Below, piece by piece: positions 49,339-59,610 of a stretch of 64,000 nucleotides of DNA. The notes under the pieces were generated by a model that was not told where the DNA came from, ran no database searches, and was given only the letters and a program-made list of their open reading frames with translations. The stretch spans positions 41,775-105,774 of the forward strand of contig CACHJT010000001.1 of assembly GCA_902580215.1 (NCBI GenBank), written 5' to 3'. Each line of letters begins with the position of its first letter. Position 1 is the first letter of the stretch. The stretch comes from an uncultured Candidatus Actinomarina sp. Lineage in GTDB: Bacteria > Actinomycetota > Acidimicrobiia > Actinomarinales > Actinomarinaceae. The translations under genes were made by a program, and so were the position numbers.

Positions 49339-51185
49339 GAATACATCTCCTCTATCAACTCACTAAACTGTTCTATTAAAACATTTCTCTTTATTTTTTG
49401 AGTAGCTGTTAACTCTCCATCTTCATGATCTAATTCTTTAGGTATCATCCTAAATTTTCTAATTTCAAGAGTTGATGTCTGTTCATTTGCTTTGACAATT
49501 TCTTTCCAGACTAAGTCTTGAACTTCTTTCTTTTCTGAGAGATCTCTGTAGGTGGTGTGAGGAATATTTTTTCTTAATGCCCAATTAGAAACGGTATCAA
49601 ACTCTATAGCAATTAGAGCTGAAAGAAATTTTCTCTTGTCGCCAATTACAATTGCATCTTTTATAAAAGGAGAAATTTTTATCTTGTTTTCGATTTCTTG
49701 AGGAGAAACATTTTTTCCACCGCTTGTAATAATGATATCTTTTTTTCTATCTACTATCTTTAAAAATTCTCCTTCAAATACACCAACATCACCCGTATGA
49801 AGCCATCCTTCTTCGTCAATAACTTCTTTAGTGGCTTCTTCATTCTTAAAGTATCCTTTAAAAACAGCGCCACCTCTTGTTAAGACTTCACCATCTTCCG
49901 CAAGCTTTACTTCCATTCCATGATTTGGAACTCCAACTGAGCCTAATTTTATTTTTTTCTCATTATTTCCAGTTGCAAAACCGCAGTTCTCAGTCATCCC
50001 ATACCCTTCAAATATAGGAACTCCCAAAGCTAGGAAGAATTTTAATATTTCTGGTGCGATGGGTGCAGCTCCGGAAATAGCTGTTTCTGCTTTGCTTAAT
50101 CCTAATTTTTTCTTAAGAGTTCTAAAGGAAAGTAGCCACCCTATTCCTAATAATATTTTTGCTATTGGATCATTAAAACTTTTATTAAGTTTTCTCTCAG
50201 CAGCAATGTTTCCTAAAAACATTGAAATCTTAAATAGTTGACGTTTTAGAAAAGTTGCATCTTTCATCCTTACCATTGCTCCTGAATGCATTCTTTCTAA
50301 TATTCTTGGTACTGCAGGAAAAATAGTTGGTTGAATTTCAACCAAATCAGATTGAACAGTATCAATCGACTCTGCAAAATTTATAGTTGCCATTGTGTGA
50401 GAAGCAACTAACAAATCTATAAGTCGTCCAAATATATGGCACAGTGGTAAATACGATAAAAATTGCGGTTCTTTTGATTTTACGTTTTCAACAAGTGAAA
50501 AGTTTGGAATTTGAGTTGCTACCCAAGCTATGTTTCCATGTGTAATCATAGAACCTTTGGGCTTTCCAGTTGTTCCGGAAGTGTAAACTAAGAATGCAAC
50601 ATCATCATCTTCTAGGTTTTCTAATTGTTGATCAACATACTCAGGAAATGATTCAAATTCAGATTTTCCTAAATCAAGAAATTCATCAAATCTCATTAAC
50701 TTAGGATGGTCATAGCTATAAAGTCCTCTATCTTCAAAATATATAATCTTTTCAAGTTTTGGGAGATGATCAATTACCTCCAGTGCTTTATCAACCTGTT
50801 CTTGATCTTCAGCAAATAAAATTTTAGATTCAGAGTGAGAAAGAAGATACTCTACTTCTGAAGGTGGGTTTGTGGGATAAAGACCCACACTTACAGCACC
50901 AATTGATTGTATGCCAATATCAGCTATAAACCACTCTGGTCTATTTTCAGAATGAATTGCTACAGAGTCTCCTTTTTGGATTCCAAAAAATTTAAGTCCC
51001 ATAGATAGATAGTTTGATTTTTTCCAAAAATCTTCGTACGTAGTCTCTTGCCATACACCAAATTCCTTATATCTCATTGCAATTTTATTTGGAAACCTTA
51101 CTGAAGTATCTTTAATTTTTTTTGATGGTGTCACTCCACCATCTCTTAGAATTTCATCATAAATTTCATTCATAGTCATTGCCAT
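49335..51185 (-). CDS. AMP-dependent synthetase / long-chain acyl-CoA ligase embedded in the liv operon
   Basis: 616 aa; YTSGTTGKPKG and GYGMTE motifs. Confidence 0.8.
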   Translation of the reverse strand: MAMTMNEIYDEILRDGGVTPSKKIKDTSVRFPNKIAMRYKEFGVWQETTYEDFWKKSNYLSMGLKFFGIQKGDSVAIHSENRPEWFIADIGIQSIGAVSVGLYPTNPPSEVEYLLSHSESKILFAEDQEQVDKALEVIDHLPKLEKIIYFEDRGLYSYDHPKLMRFDEFLDLGKSEFESFPEYVDQQLENLEDDDVAFLVYTSGTTGKPKGSMITHGNIAWVATQIPNFSLVENVKSKEPQFLSYLPLCHIFGRLIDLLVASHTMATINFAESIDTVQSDLVEIQPTIFPAVPRILERMHSGAMVRMKDATFLKRQLFKISMFLGNIAAERKLNKSFNDPIAKILLGIGWLLSFRTLKKKLGLSKAETAISGAAPIAPEILKFFLALGVPIFEGYGMTENCGFATGNNEKKIKLGSVGVPNHGMEVKLAEDGEVLTRGGAVFKGYFKNEEATKEVIDEEGWLHTGDVGVFEGEFLKIVDRKKDIIITSGGKNVSPQEIENKIKISPFIKDAIVIGDKRKFLSALIAIEFDTVSNWALRKNIPHTTYRDLSEKKEVQDLVWKEIVKANEQTSTLEIRKFRMIPKELDHEDGELTATQKIKRNVLIEQFSELIEEMYS

Positions 51186-51187
51186 AA

Positions 51188-51958
51188 TTAACTCACTCCT
51201 AAATATGCTTCTATTACTTTTGGATCCTTAACAATTTCTGCAGGTGTACCTTCTGCTAATTTTTCACCAAAATTCAAAACCATAACTTCTTCTGCAATAT
51301 CCATAACCATATTCATGTCATGGTCGACTAAAATAACTGTCTTTTCCATTTCTTCGTGAATATCAATAATAAATCTTGCTATATCTTCAGTCTCCTCATT
51401 ATTCATACCTGCTGCTGGTTCATCGAGTAAAAGTACATCTGGATTTAAAGCTAATGCTCGTCCTATTTCAACTCTTTTTTGGACACCATACGGTAAAGAT
51501 AAAATATAAGAATATCTAAACTGTTCTATTTCTAAGAAGTCAATGATTTCCTCAGCTATTTTTCTGGCTTCTAATTCGTTTTTTCTTGCTTTCTTATTAA
51601 AAAATAAACTTGAAATAGCACCATACTCTAAATGTCTATGAGCACCTATAAGAATGTTATCAAGGACAGTCATGTTTTCGAAAAGTTCAATGTTTTGAAA
51701 AGTTCTAGCTATACCTAGATTGGCAACTTGGTCTGGTCTCAAATCATTGATATTGTTCTCTCCATAATTCACTGACCCTTCTGTGGGTCTGTAAATACCA
51801 CTTATACAATTGAAGATAGATGTCTTTCCAGCTCCATTTGGACCAATAATCGCATATAATGTTTTTGGTTTTACCTCAAAACTGACATCATTTAAAGCTG
51901 TTATTCCACCAAACTTCAAAGTTACGTTGTTAAAATTCAGAGATTTCATGAAAGCCAC
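51188..51958 (-). CDS. livG: ABC transporter ATP-binding protein LivG-like
   Basis: 256 aa; GPNGAGKTS Walker A, LLLDEPAAG. Confidence 0.8.
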   Translation of the reverse strand: MAFMKSLNFNNVTLKFGGITALNDVSFEVKPKTLYAIIGPNGAGKTSIFNCISGIYRPTEGSVNYGENNINDLRPDQVANLGIARTFQNIELFENMTVLDNILIGAHRHLEYGAISSLFFNKKARKNELEARKIAEEIIDFLEIEQFRYSYILSLPYGVQKRVEIGRALALNPDVLLLDEPAAGMNNEETEDIARFIIDIHEEMEKTVILVDHDMNMVMDIAEEVMVLNFGEKLAEGTPAEIVKDPKVIEAYLGVS

Positions 51959-52734
51959 CTTTTTTTTCTTTTGTAATGCTTTACATCTTTAAAAGATTTT
52001 CTTTTTGTACCCTCTGGGTTTAAACCTAAGTAAAATTCTCGAACATCTTCATCTTTTAAAAGTACATCACTTGGGTTATCCATAACTATATTTCCTGTCT
52101 CCATAATATAACCATGGCTTGAAACATTCAGTGCCATATTTGCATTTTGTTCTACAAGTAATACTGTAACTCCTTGAGAATTGATCTCTGTAATCAGTTC
52201 AGCAATTTGATCAACTAGTTTTGGCGCTAATCCAAGGCTAGGTTCGTCAAGTAATAAATAATTGGGTTCTGACATTAACGCACGGCCAATTGCTAACATT
52301 TGTTGTTCTCCACCAGATAAATAGCCAGCTTCTCCTTTTGATCTTTCTTTTAAAATAGGAAATAAATCTAATACTCTGTCAATATTTTTAGGAACGTCTT
52401 TACTGTTGGTGTGTCCACCTAGTCTTAAATTCTCTATAACCGTTAACTCAGAAAAAATTCTTCTTCCTTCAAGAACTTGGGCAATCCCTTTTTCAACAAT
52501 TTTTGATGGATTCAAATTAGTAATATCTTCCCCATCTACTGTAATGCTTCCTTTTGTTATGTCTCCGTTTTGAATATCAAGTAAACCTGTGATTGAACGA
52601 ATAACTGTAGTTTTTCCTGAACCATTACTGCCTAATAAAGAAACAATTTTACCTTTAGGTATTTCGAAAGATACACCTCTAAGAACAAGGATTACATCTT
52701 GATATACAACCTCAAGGTTTTGAACAGATAACAT
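51946..52734 (-). CDS. livF: ABC transporter ATP-binding protein LivF-like
   Basis: 262 aa; GSNGSGKTT Walker A, LSGGEQQMLAIGRAL signature, LLLDEPSLG. Confidence 0.8.
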   Translation of the reverse strand: MLSVQNLEVVYQDVILVLRGVSFEIPKGKIVSLLGSNGSGKTTVIRSITGLLDIQNGDITKGSITVDGEDITNLNPSKIVEKGIAQVLEGRRIFSELTVIENLRLGGHTNSKDVPKNIDRVLDLFPILKERSKGEAGYLSGGEQQMLAIGRALMSEPNYLLLDEPSLGLAPKLVDQIAELITEINSQGVTVLLVEQNANMALNVSSHGYIMETGNIVMDNPSDVLLKDEDVREFYLGLNPEGTKRKSFKDVKHYKRKKRWLS

Positions 52735-52867
52735 TTACCTAATTACTTTAAGTACAAGAAAAAAAATTTTCAACCAATACAAAATTAAATAAAAAATTAT
52801 ATGAAACCCGTATAAAAATTTTACTTACAAATATTGGTTACATTTCTTCCTTATTTATCATGTATTT

Positions 52868-54073
52868 ATGGATGAAAACTATTCCCAACAAGAACTATTT
52901 GAACAAGAGCAATATATTTCTGATTTGATTGAAAAGAAAACCGTAAAGAAAAAAAGTTCTATCAATGTAGTTATGGCCTCAGGGATTTTATCAAGTATAT
53001 TGGTTTTGTCTTTTCTCTATCTTTTTGGAATTTTTGATGAAGAGGAAATAGTCCTACCAGATCCAGTAACCATAACAGAAACAATTACTGAAAAAGAACT
53101 TGTAATGCCTCGTGTCGACTCAACAGAAATTGTATCGATTGCAGAGCTAGCTACAAAAACAATCGTCCAAGTTCAGGTTGGTATCTTGAACGAAGATGGT
53201 GATTTTCTTCCTAATGGTGGTGGTTCTGGTGTGGTTATATCAAATGATGGTCTAATTATGACAAATCATCATGTGATCGATGAATCAAACGAAGTCAGAG
53301 TAATTTTTGAAGACGGAAGAATGTATGAAAGTCAAATAATAGGTTCTGATAAATTGACTGATGTAGGTTTGTTAAAAATTAATGCAGCAAATCTTTTTCC
53401 TATATCAATTGGAAACAGTGACATTTTATCTGTTGGCGATCTAGCTGTTGCAATAGGACATCCGTTAACACTAGGTGCAGCTCCAACGGTAACTTCTGGT
53501 GTTGTTTCCGCACTAGCAAGACGCCTAGATGTTGGAAGTGAAACAATGGGAAGCGGAGTAACATTATTTGGTCTAATACAAACTGATGCACCAATTACGA
53601 GAGGTTCTAGTGGCGGTGCGTTAATAAATAACAATGGTGAATTAATTGGTATTACCACGGCTATTGCAACTGCTGATGTTGGAGCTGAAGGTTTAGGGTT
53701 TGCTGTTCCAATAAATCTTGCCCTTAGCATCGCAGATGATCTAATTAAAGAAGGTCAAGTTTTCCATGCATTTCTTGGAATCTTAGGCTCGCAACACTTT
53801 GAAACTGCAGCAGATGGTGCTCGAGTTTTTTCAGGGGTATACATACAAGAGTTATATGGACCTACAAATGATATGTTTGCTATTGGAAAAGCTGGTGCAT
53901 TGCCAGGAGATATCATTAAAAAAGTCAACGGAGAAACAGTTAAAACGTTAGATGGATTAATAACTGAACTTAGAAAAAAAAGAGCTGGTGACAGCATAGA
54001 AATTGAAATTTTAAGAAACGAACAATACATTATTTTAGATTTTGAACTAGACCTACGCCCTTCAGATGTCTGA
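52868..54073 (+). CDS. HtrA/DegP-family trypsin-like serine protease with TM anchor and PDZ domain
   Basis: 401 aa. Catalytic residues in TNHHV (His), D, and GSSGGAL (Ser). C-terminal PDZ. Confidence 0.8.
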   Translation: MDENYSQQELFEQEQYISDLIEKKTVKKKSSINVVMASGILSSILVLSFLYLFGIFDEEEIVLPDPVTITETITEKELVMPRVDSTEIVSIAELATKTIVQVQVGILNEDGDFLPNGGGSGVVISNDGLIMTNHHVIDESNEVRVIFEDGRMYESQIIGSDKLTDVGLLKINAANLFPISIGNSDILSVGDLAVAIGHPLTLGAAPTVTSGVVSALARRLDVGSETMGSGVTLFGLIQTDAPITRGSSGGALINNNGELIGITTAIATADVGAEGLGFAVPINLALSIADDLIKEGQVFHAFLGILGSQHFETAADGARVFSGVYIQELYGPTNDMFAIGKAGALPGDIIKKVNGETVKTLDGLITELRKKRAGDSIEIEILRNEQYIILDFELDLRPSDV

Positions 54074-55106
54074 CGATATTTTTTCACAATTATTTAATTT
54101 ATTCAATAATGATGATGGTGATGTTAATTGGAACTTAGCTTCTCAAATTAATAACCATATCAATAAAGAAGCTGAAGAAAATTTTCTTTTTTCAAATAGT
54201 GAAATGAATTATGAAGAAATTTTTAGAGCAATCCAACTAAATAACCAGTCTCTAGATGTTCCATATGAAGAAGTTGGAAATTTGCAAATACTAAATACTA
54301 AGGAATATGGAAATTGGTTTCTAGATTCTGTTAAGCATTTTGACTTTAGCAATCTAAATTTAGCAAATTCTAGTCCATTTAATTTAGCTGGAGCACAATC
54401 ATCTTTAATTGGTATGCAGCTTGGAAATATTTCTGGTTTCCTTAGTAAGAACACTTGGGGGCTTAGCCATTTTGGAGTTATTCTCCCAAAAAGTAATAAT
54501 CTCGCAATTAACAAATTAAATTTTGAATCTAGAATTACTAAATTTGAAGTTGATGATAAAGAAGCCACTATGGCTTTAATGGCTTTGGAATTTATTGCAC
54601 TATCTTTAGGAAAATTTAGTGCACCTTTTTTATTCATTCTTGAACAAATGCAAAAGAGTAACGAGAGCTTGATTGAAAGCTTAGGTGAAATGAAACCTGA
54701 TTTAGATCCAGCAAATTTTTCAAATCCAGAGGAAATGTTTTCAAATATGCCGGAACTAAACAACATTAATTTTGATTCAATATTCGATGCAATGTTTGCG
54801 CCATTAAGTTTTTATAGACAAGTAATCAAAAGTACTACTAAAGATTTTTTAAATTACATCAATCCAAGCGTTATAGATCTGGTCGCAGATTTAGATCTGG
54901 TAGGAACAAACGACACCGTAAGCGATTTTGAAAACAAGATCTCAAATTATGATGAGAAATCAGAAGGTTTCATAAACTATTTAATCGAAAGTGAAAGTCA
55001 ATATTCAACTTTAGACATATTGTCAAATATCGATCTTATTCCTTCATCTTCAGAAATTGAAGACCCAATTTCTTGGGCAGCTAGAACTTCGTTACCTCCT
55101 ATTTAA
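54066..55106 (+). CDS. hypothetical acidic protein (346 aa), translationally coupled to htrA
   Basis: 8-nt overlap with the htrA stop. No recognisable motif by eye. Confidence 0.45.
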   Translation: MSDDIFSQLFNLFNNDDGDVNWNLASQINNHINKEAEENFLFSNSEMNYEEIFRAIQLNNQSLDVPYEEVGNLQILNTKEYGNWFLDSVKHFDFSNLNLANSSPFNLAGAQSSLIGMQLGNISGFLSKNTWGLSHFGVILPKSNNLAINKLNFESRITKFEVDDKEATMALMALEFIALSLGKFSAPFLFILEQMQKSNESLIESLGEMKPDLDPANFSNPEEMFSNMPELNNINFDSIFDAMFAPLSFYRQVIKSTTKDFLNYINPSVIDLVADLDLVGTNDTVSDFENKISNYDEKSEGFINYLIESESQYSTLDILSNIDLIPSSSEIEDPISWAARTSLPPI

Positions 55107-55150
55107 ATTTAAATTCGCTAATATTAATTTATTAAGAAAGGATATTACAT

Positions 55151-55606
55151 ATGTCATTAAATATCGGAGATAAGATACCTGAATTTGAATTATACAACCA
55201 CGATAAAACGAAATACAGCGACAAAGACTTCTTGGGTCAAAAAACAATGTTTGTCTTTATGCCATTCCCATTTAGCAGTGTTTGCGATAAAGAAATTTGT
55301 GAATTAAGAGATTATCAAGAATCTTTTATGAAAGAAGATACAAATACAGTACTAGTAACAGTAGGTGCGAGCCCTACAAATAGAGCTTGGGCTGAACATT
55401 ACAATATTGAGTTTCCTATTTTATCTGATTTCTGGCCACATGGTGAAGCAGCTAAAAAATTTGGATGTTTTCATGATGGTGCAGGCATATCTCTAAGATA
55501 TACATTCATTACAAACGAAGAAAACGTAATCACAGAAATAATTAAAAGCGATGAAATAGGTGTTGAGAGAGATTTCAGCGAATATTCAGAAAGTTTTAGT
55601 ATTTAA
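55151..55606 (+). CDS. peroxiredoxin (AhpE-like 1-Cys/atypical Prx, AhpC/TSA family)
   Basis: 151 aa; PFPFSSVCDKE peroxidatic-Cys motif context. Confidence 0.75.
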   Translation: MSLNIGDKIPEFELYNHDKTKYSDKDFLGQKTMFVFMPFPFSSVCDKEICELRDYQESFMKEDTNTVLVTVGASPTNRAWAEHYNIEFPILSDFWPHGEAAKKFGCFHDGAGISLRYTFITNEENVITEIIKSDEIGVERDFSEYSESFSI

Positions 55607-55884
55607 CCTACATCTCTGACATCAAATTCAGCTGCACGCTGTCTTTTGATACGTCTTCTTTCTCTTTCAGAAAGACCTCCCCAAATGCCGAACTTTTCTG
55701 ACTGTTCAACTGCATATTCGAGGCATTCGTCTTGTACTGTACAAGCTCTGCATATTGCTTTTGCTTTTCTTGTGGATGCTCCTCTTTCGGGGAAAAATAG
55801 ATCTGCGTCTGCCCCTTTACAATTTGCTTCTTCAGTCCAAGAAGGCATTCCGCCAATTAGTTCATCTATTATTTTTAACTCCAC
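55603..55884 (-). CDS. whiB: WhiB-family [4Fe-4S] transcriptional regulator
   Basis: 93 aa. Four Cys in C-x22-C-x2-C-x5-C, a GIWGG turn, and a basic C-terminal tail. Confidence 0.85.
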   Translation of the reverse strand: MELKIIDELIGGMPSWTEEANCKGADADLFFPERGASTRKAKAICRACTVQDECLEYAVEQSEKFGIWGGLSERERRRIKRQRAAEFDVRDVG

Positions 55885-55899
55885 CCCTGCTCCTTACAG

Positions 55900-55926
55900 T
55901 AAATTACATAAGTGTAATTTATTACA
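55900..55926. promoter_or_regulatory. overlapping inverted repeats in the whiB/sdhC divergent promoter region (TAAATTACA-taag-TGTAATTTA and TGTAAT-tt-ATTACA)
   Basis: Read directly; 9-bp and 6-bp arms. Confidence 0.4.
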
Positions 55927-56000
55927 TCAATACTCGATTGTCAAGAGGTGATTTGTCTAAATAATTATTAGTTATTTTGGGAATATAGGATAATTAAATA

Positions 56001-56462
56001 ATGCAAAATCAAAACATTGTGTCTACTGGTTCTGTTTATAAAGGAAGAACCGGTATGTGGTTATACCTCTTTCACAGGATTACAGGAGTTGCATTATTTG
56101 GTTATCTTTTGCTTCACATTATATCTACAGCACTTATCTTGGCTGGACCCGAAATCTACGAAGGTGCTGAGGCAATATACAAAAACTTTTATTTCAGAAT
56201 TGGAGAAGTCGGCTTAATGGCTGCTGTCTTAGCTCATGCAATCAACGGCTTAAGAATTATTGCTGTTGATCTTTGGAGCAAAGGGTCTGATTACCAAAAA
56301 GCACTAAACATAACAGCAATGGTTGTATTTATTGCAATATTTGTTCCTACAACATACAAAATGATAGATTCTTATTTTGAACTCTGCTTAGAAAAAAGTT
56401 CTGCTGGAACAACTGTGGTTGACTGCATGGTAAGGCCATTACCAGATTGGAAAACAAAGTGA
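56001..56462 (+). CDS. sdhC: succinate dehydrogenase cytochrome b subunit
   Basis: 153 aa, 3 TM helices, heme-ligand His. First gene of sdhCDAB. Confidence 0.75.
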   Translation: MQNQNIVSTGSVYKGRTGMWLYLFHRITGVALFGYLLLHIISTALILAGPEIYEGAEAIYKNFYFRIGEVGLMAAVLAHAINGLRIIAVDLWSKGSDYQKALNITAMVVFIAIFVPTTYKMIDSYFELCLEKSSAGTTVVDCMVRPLPDWKTK

Positions 56463-56857
56463 AATCGGTAAAGAGGACTGACTGGGGAAGAAGAACTCCA
56501 CCTATTGGTGGAAGTAATTTTGAATTATATGCTTGGTTTTTTATGAGAATAAGTGGTTTATTTCTAGTTCTTTTAGCTGCTGGGCATATGTTTATAATGC
56601 ATGTCTTTAATGACACATTGAACCTAGATTACGAATTTGTTGCAGCTAGATGGGATACACCCTACTGGAGAACCTTTGATTGGCTTTTATTAACACTTAG
56701 TATTCTTCATGGAACGAATGGGCTTAGAATTGTAATGCACGACAATATTGCAAACAAAACATTCAGGCAACTTGCTCTTTACGGTTTGTACTTCACATCA
56801 ACTGCGTTTTTTGTATTAGGAACTTATGTATTGGTAGCATTTGTGAGGGAAGTATGA
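56447..56857 (+). CDS. sdhD: succinate dehydrogenase hydrophobic membrane anchor subunit
   Basis: 136 aa, TM helices. Overlaps sdhC and sdhA. Confidence 0.7.
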   Translation: MENKVKSVKRTDWGRRTPPIGGSNFELYAWFFMRISGLFLVLLAAGHMFIMHVFNDTLNLDYEFVAARWDTPYWRTFDWLLLTLSILHGTNGLRIVMHDNIANKTFRQLALYGLYFTSTAFFVLGTYVLVAFVREV

Positions 56858-58596
56858 AAGTTATAAAGCATTCCTTTGATGGTGTAATTGTTGGAGCCGG
56901 TGGAGCAGGTTTAAGAGCAGCGATTGAAGCGGCTCCTCACATGAAACTCGCAGTAATTACAAAACTCTACCCTACAAGATCTCATACTGGTGCTGCTCAG
57001 GGTGGTATGAGTGCTGCTTTAGCAAATGTAGAAGAAGACAATTGGAATTGGCACGCTTTTGACACTGTAAAGGGTTCTGATTACCTAGCAGATCAACCTG
57101 CAGTAGATATCCTCTGTAAAGAAGCTATAGATTCTGTTGTTGAGCTAGAGCATTGGGGATTGCCTTTTAGTAGATTAGAAAATGGAAAAATTGCACAAAG
57201 AAGATTTGGTGGACATACTGTAAAAGAAGGTGAGGCACCAGCTTTCAGAGCATGTTATGCTGCCGACAGAACCGGTCATATGATTCTGCAAACTTTGTAT
57301 CAAAAATGTGTGTCAATGGGTGTTACTTTTTTTGATGAGTTTCAAGTTCTGGATATAAAAATCGATGACGGCGTTTGTAAAGGTGTCATTGCTTATGAGA
57401 TTGCAACAGGTGATATACATATTTTTGAAGCTAGAGCAGTAACTTTTGCAACAGGAGGTTTTGGAAAGATTTATAAAGTTAGCTCAAATGCTCATTCACT
57501 CACTGGTGACGGTCCTGGAATTTTATATCAAAAAGGAATACCTCTTGAAGATATGGAATTTTATCAATTCCACCCTACCGGAATATACAGACTCGGAATA
57601 TTGTTGTCTGAGGCTGCCCGTGGAGAAGGTGGTATTTTAAGAAATAAAGATGGCGAAAGGTTTATGGAGAGATATGCACCTTCAATCAAAGACCTAGCAC
57701 CAAGGGATATGGTTTCTCGTGCAATCGCTACAGAAATTAGTGAAGGAAATGGTGCTGGACCAAATAATGATTTTGTATATTTAGATTTAACTCACCTTGG
57801 TGCTGAAACAATCAAGCAAAAACTGCCCGATATTACTGATTTTGTAAGAACTTACGTAAAAATTGAGCCTATTAATGAACCTATTCCAGTGCAACCAACT
57901 GCACATTACGCTATGGGGGGTATCCCAACAGACGTTAATGCTAGAGTTTTAAGTGATGTCACTGGCACAGTCCTTCCAGGAGTCTATTCTGCTGGAGAGT
58001 CTGCGTGTGTAAGTGTGCATGGAGCAAATAGACTAGGCACTAATTCACTCCTAGATATAGTAGTTTTTGGAAAGAGGGCAGGTCAAAGTATGGTTGACTA
58101 CGTTTCATCAACTAAACCAATGGCACTCTCTGATAATGCTGCTGAGGATCTAACTAATAAAATTGAAAACTTAATGGAAAAAGATCATAGCCTAGAATTT
58201 TCAGTTCCAAGAATTCGAGAAGAGTTACAAGACACTATGGAAGAAAACGCCAAAATATTTAGATCAGAAGAGAGTTTAGAAAAACAAACAAAAATACTAT
58301 CCGATCTTCGTGATAGATATCAAAATGTAACTATTTCAGATAAAGGTAAAGTTTTTAATACAGAGCTCTTAGAAGCGATTGAGCTTGAGTACTTACTAGA
58401 CATGTCAGATACAACTGTTGCTAGCGCACTTCATAGAAAAGAAAGTAGAGGTGCACATTCAAGGGTCGATCATGTAGAGAGGGATGACAAAAATTGGCTT
58501 AAGCACTCATTTGCATTTAAGAATGGAGATTCAGTTAAGCTAGAATATAAAGATGTTGAACTTGGAAACTATGAACCTAAGGAAAGAAAGTACTAA
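56854..58596 (+). CDS. sdhA: succinate dehydrogenase flavoprotein subunit
   Basis: 580 aa. N-terminal FAD fold (VIVGAGGAGLRAA), covalent-FAD His context (RSHTGAAQGG), HPTG motif. Confidence 0.92.
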   Translation: MKVIKHSFDGVIVGAGGAGLRAAIEAAPHMKLAVITKLYPTRSHTGAAQGGMSAALANVEEDNWNWHAFDTVKGSDYLADQPAVDILCKEAIDSVVELEHWGLPFSRLENGKIAQRRFGGHTVKEGEAPAFRACYAADRTGHMILQTLYQKCVSMGVTFFDEFQVLDIKIDDGVCKGVIAYEIATGDIHIFEARAVTFATGGFGKIYKVSSNAHSLTGDGPGILYQKGIPLEDMEFYQFHPTGIYRLGILLSEAARGEGGILRNKDGERFMERYAPSIKDLAPRDMVSRAIATEISEGNGAGPNNDFVYLDLTHLGAETIKQKLPDITDFVRTYVKIEPINEPIPVQPTAHYAMGGIPTDVNARVLSDVTGTVLPGVYSAGESACVSVHGANRLGTNSLLDIVVFGKRAGQSMVDYVSSTKPMALSDNAAEDLTNKIENLMEKDHSLEFSVPRIREELQDTMEENAKIFRSEESLEKQTKILSDLRDRYQNVTISDKGKVFNTELLEAIELEYLLDMSDTTVASALHRKESRGAHSRVDHVERDDKNWLKHSFAFKNGDSVKLEYKDVELGNYEPKERKY

Positions 58597-59291
58597 TGAA
58601 TGTCAAAGTTAACATTTTAAGATATAACCCTGAGACAGATAGGAAAGGTCACTGGGAAGAATACATCCTCGAAGCTGATCCTGATGAGAGAATATTAGAT
58701 TTACTTCACAAAGTTAAATGGTTTGATGATGGAAGTTTAGCATTTAGAAGATCCTGTGCTCACGGAGTTTGTGGATCTGATGCAATGGTTGTTAATGGGG
58801 AAAACATGCTAGCTTGTCAGGTTCTTGTTAAAGAAGTTAGTACACCAATTAAAATCGAACCTATTAGAGGCCTACCTGTCATAAAAGATTTAGTAGTAAA
58901 TATGGATTCTTTTTTTGATTCTTATAAAAAAGTCATGCCTTATCTTGTAAATGATGATGAGCCTGGTGAGAGAGAAAGGCTGCAATCTCCTGAAGACCGA
59001 GACAGGTTTGAAGATACTACAAAATGTATTTTGTGTGCAGCTTGTACAACAAGTTGCCCTGTTTTCTGGACTGCTGATACATATGTGGGACCAGCAGCAA
59101 TTGTAAATGCACACAGATTTGTATTTGATTCACGAGACAATGCTTCAAAACAAAGACTTGAAATTTTAAAAGATGTAGATGGAGCATTTAGATGCAGAAC
59201 CGCATTTAATTGTACTTCTGCATGTCCTCGTGGTATTCAGGTTACTAAAGCCATCGAAGATGTTAAAAGAGAAACCCTTACAATCAATTGA
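58596..59291 (+). CDS. sdhB: succinate dehydrogenase iron-sulfur subunit
   Basis: 231 aa. 2Fe-2S Cys cluster (CAHGVCGSDA) and 4Fe-4S/3Fe-4S Cys clusters (CILCAACTTSCP, CRTAFNCTSACP). Confidence 0.92.
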   Translation: MNVKVNILRYNPETDRKGHWEEYILEADPDERILDLLHKVKWFDDGSLAFRRSCAHGVCGSDAMVVNGENMLACQVLVKEVSTPIKIEPIRGLPVIKDLVVNMDSFFDSYKKVMPYLVNDDEPGERERLQSPEDRDRFEDTTKCILCAACTTSCPVFWTADTYVGPAAIVNAHRFVFDSRDNASKQRLEILKDVDGAFRCRTAFNCTSACPRGIQVTKAIEDVKRETLTIN

Positions 59292-59563
59292 TTGAAGATA
59301 TCCTTAAAAAATTCAAAAGTAATCTGACAGATAAAAATATTGATCTAAGTTCCATTTATTTTGAAATTACAGATATTGATAAAACATTTAACCTCGATAG
59401 TTGTGTCCAAATAAATTCATCAATTGAAGATGAAAGATTTTTAAAATTTAAAATCTCTACTGAAAACTTATTATTAATTGTTGAAGGAAAAAAACATCCA
59501 GAAGATCTTCTTTTTAATGAAAAAGTAAAGATTTCTGGAGATATAAGTATTCTTGCTCCATAA
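59288..59563 (+). CDS. SCP-2 sterol-transfer-like small protein
   Basis: 91 aa. C-terminal EGKKHPEDLLFNEKVKISGD resembles the SCP2 pattern. 4-nt overlap with sdhB. Confidence 0.55.
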   Translation: MIEDILKKFKSNLTDKNIDLSSIYFEITDIDKTFNLDSCVQINSSIEDERFLKFKISTENLLLIVEGKKHPEDLLFNEKVKISGDISILAP

Positions 59564-59567
59564 AAAG

Positions 59568-59592
59568 AAAAGACGACTTTCGTCGTCTTTTC
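59568..59592. terminator. bidirectional rho-independent terminator between the SCP2-like gene (+) and hup (-)
   Basis: AAAAGACGAC-TTTC-GTCGTCTTTT with A-run and T-run flanks. Confidence 0.7.
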
Positions 59593-59610
59593 AAATTTGA
59601 TTAAAGTACT

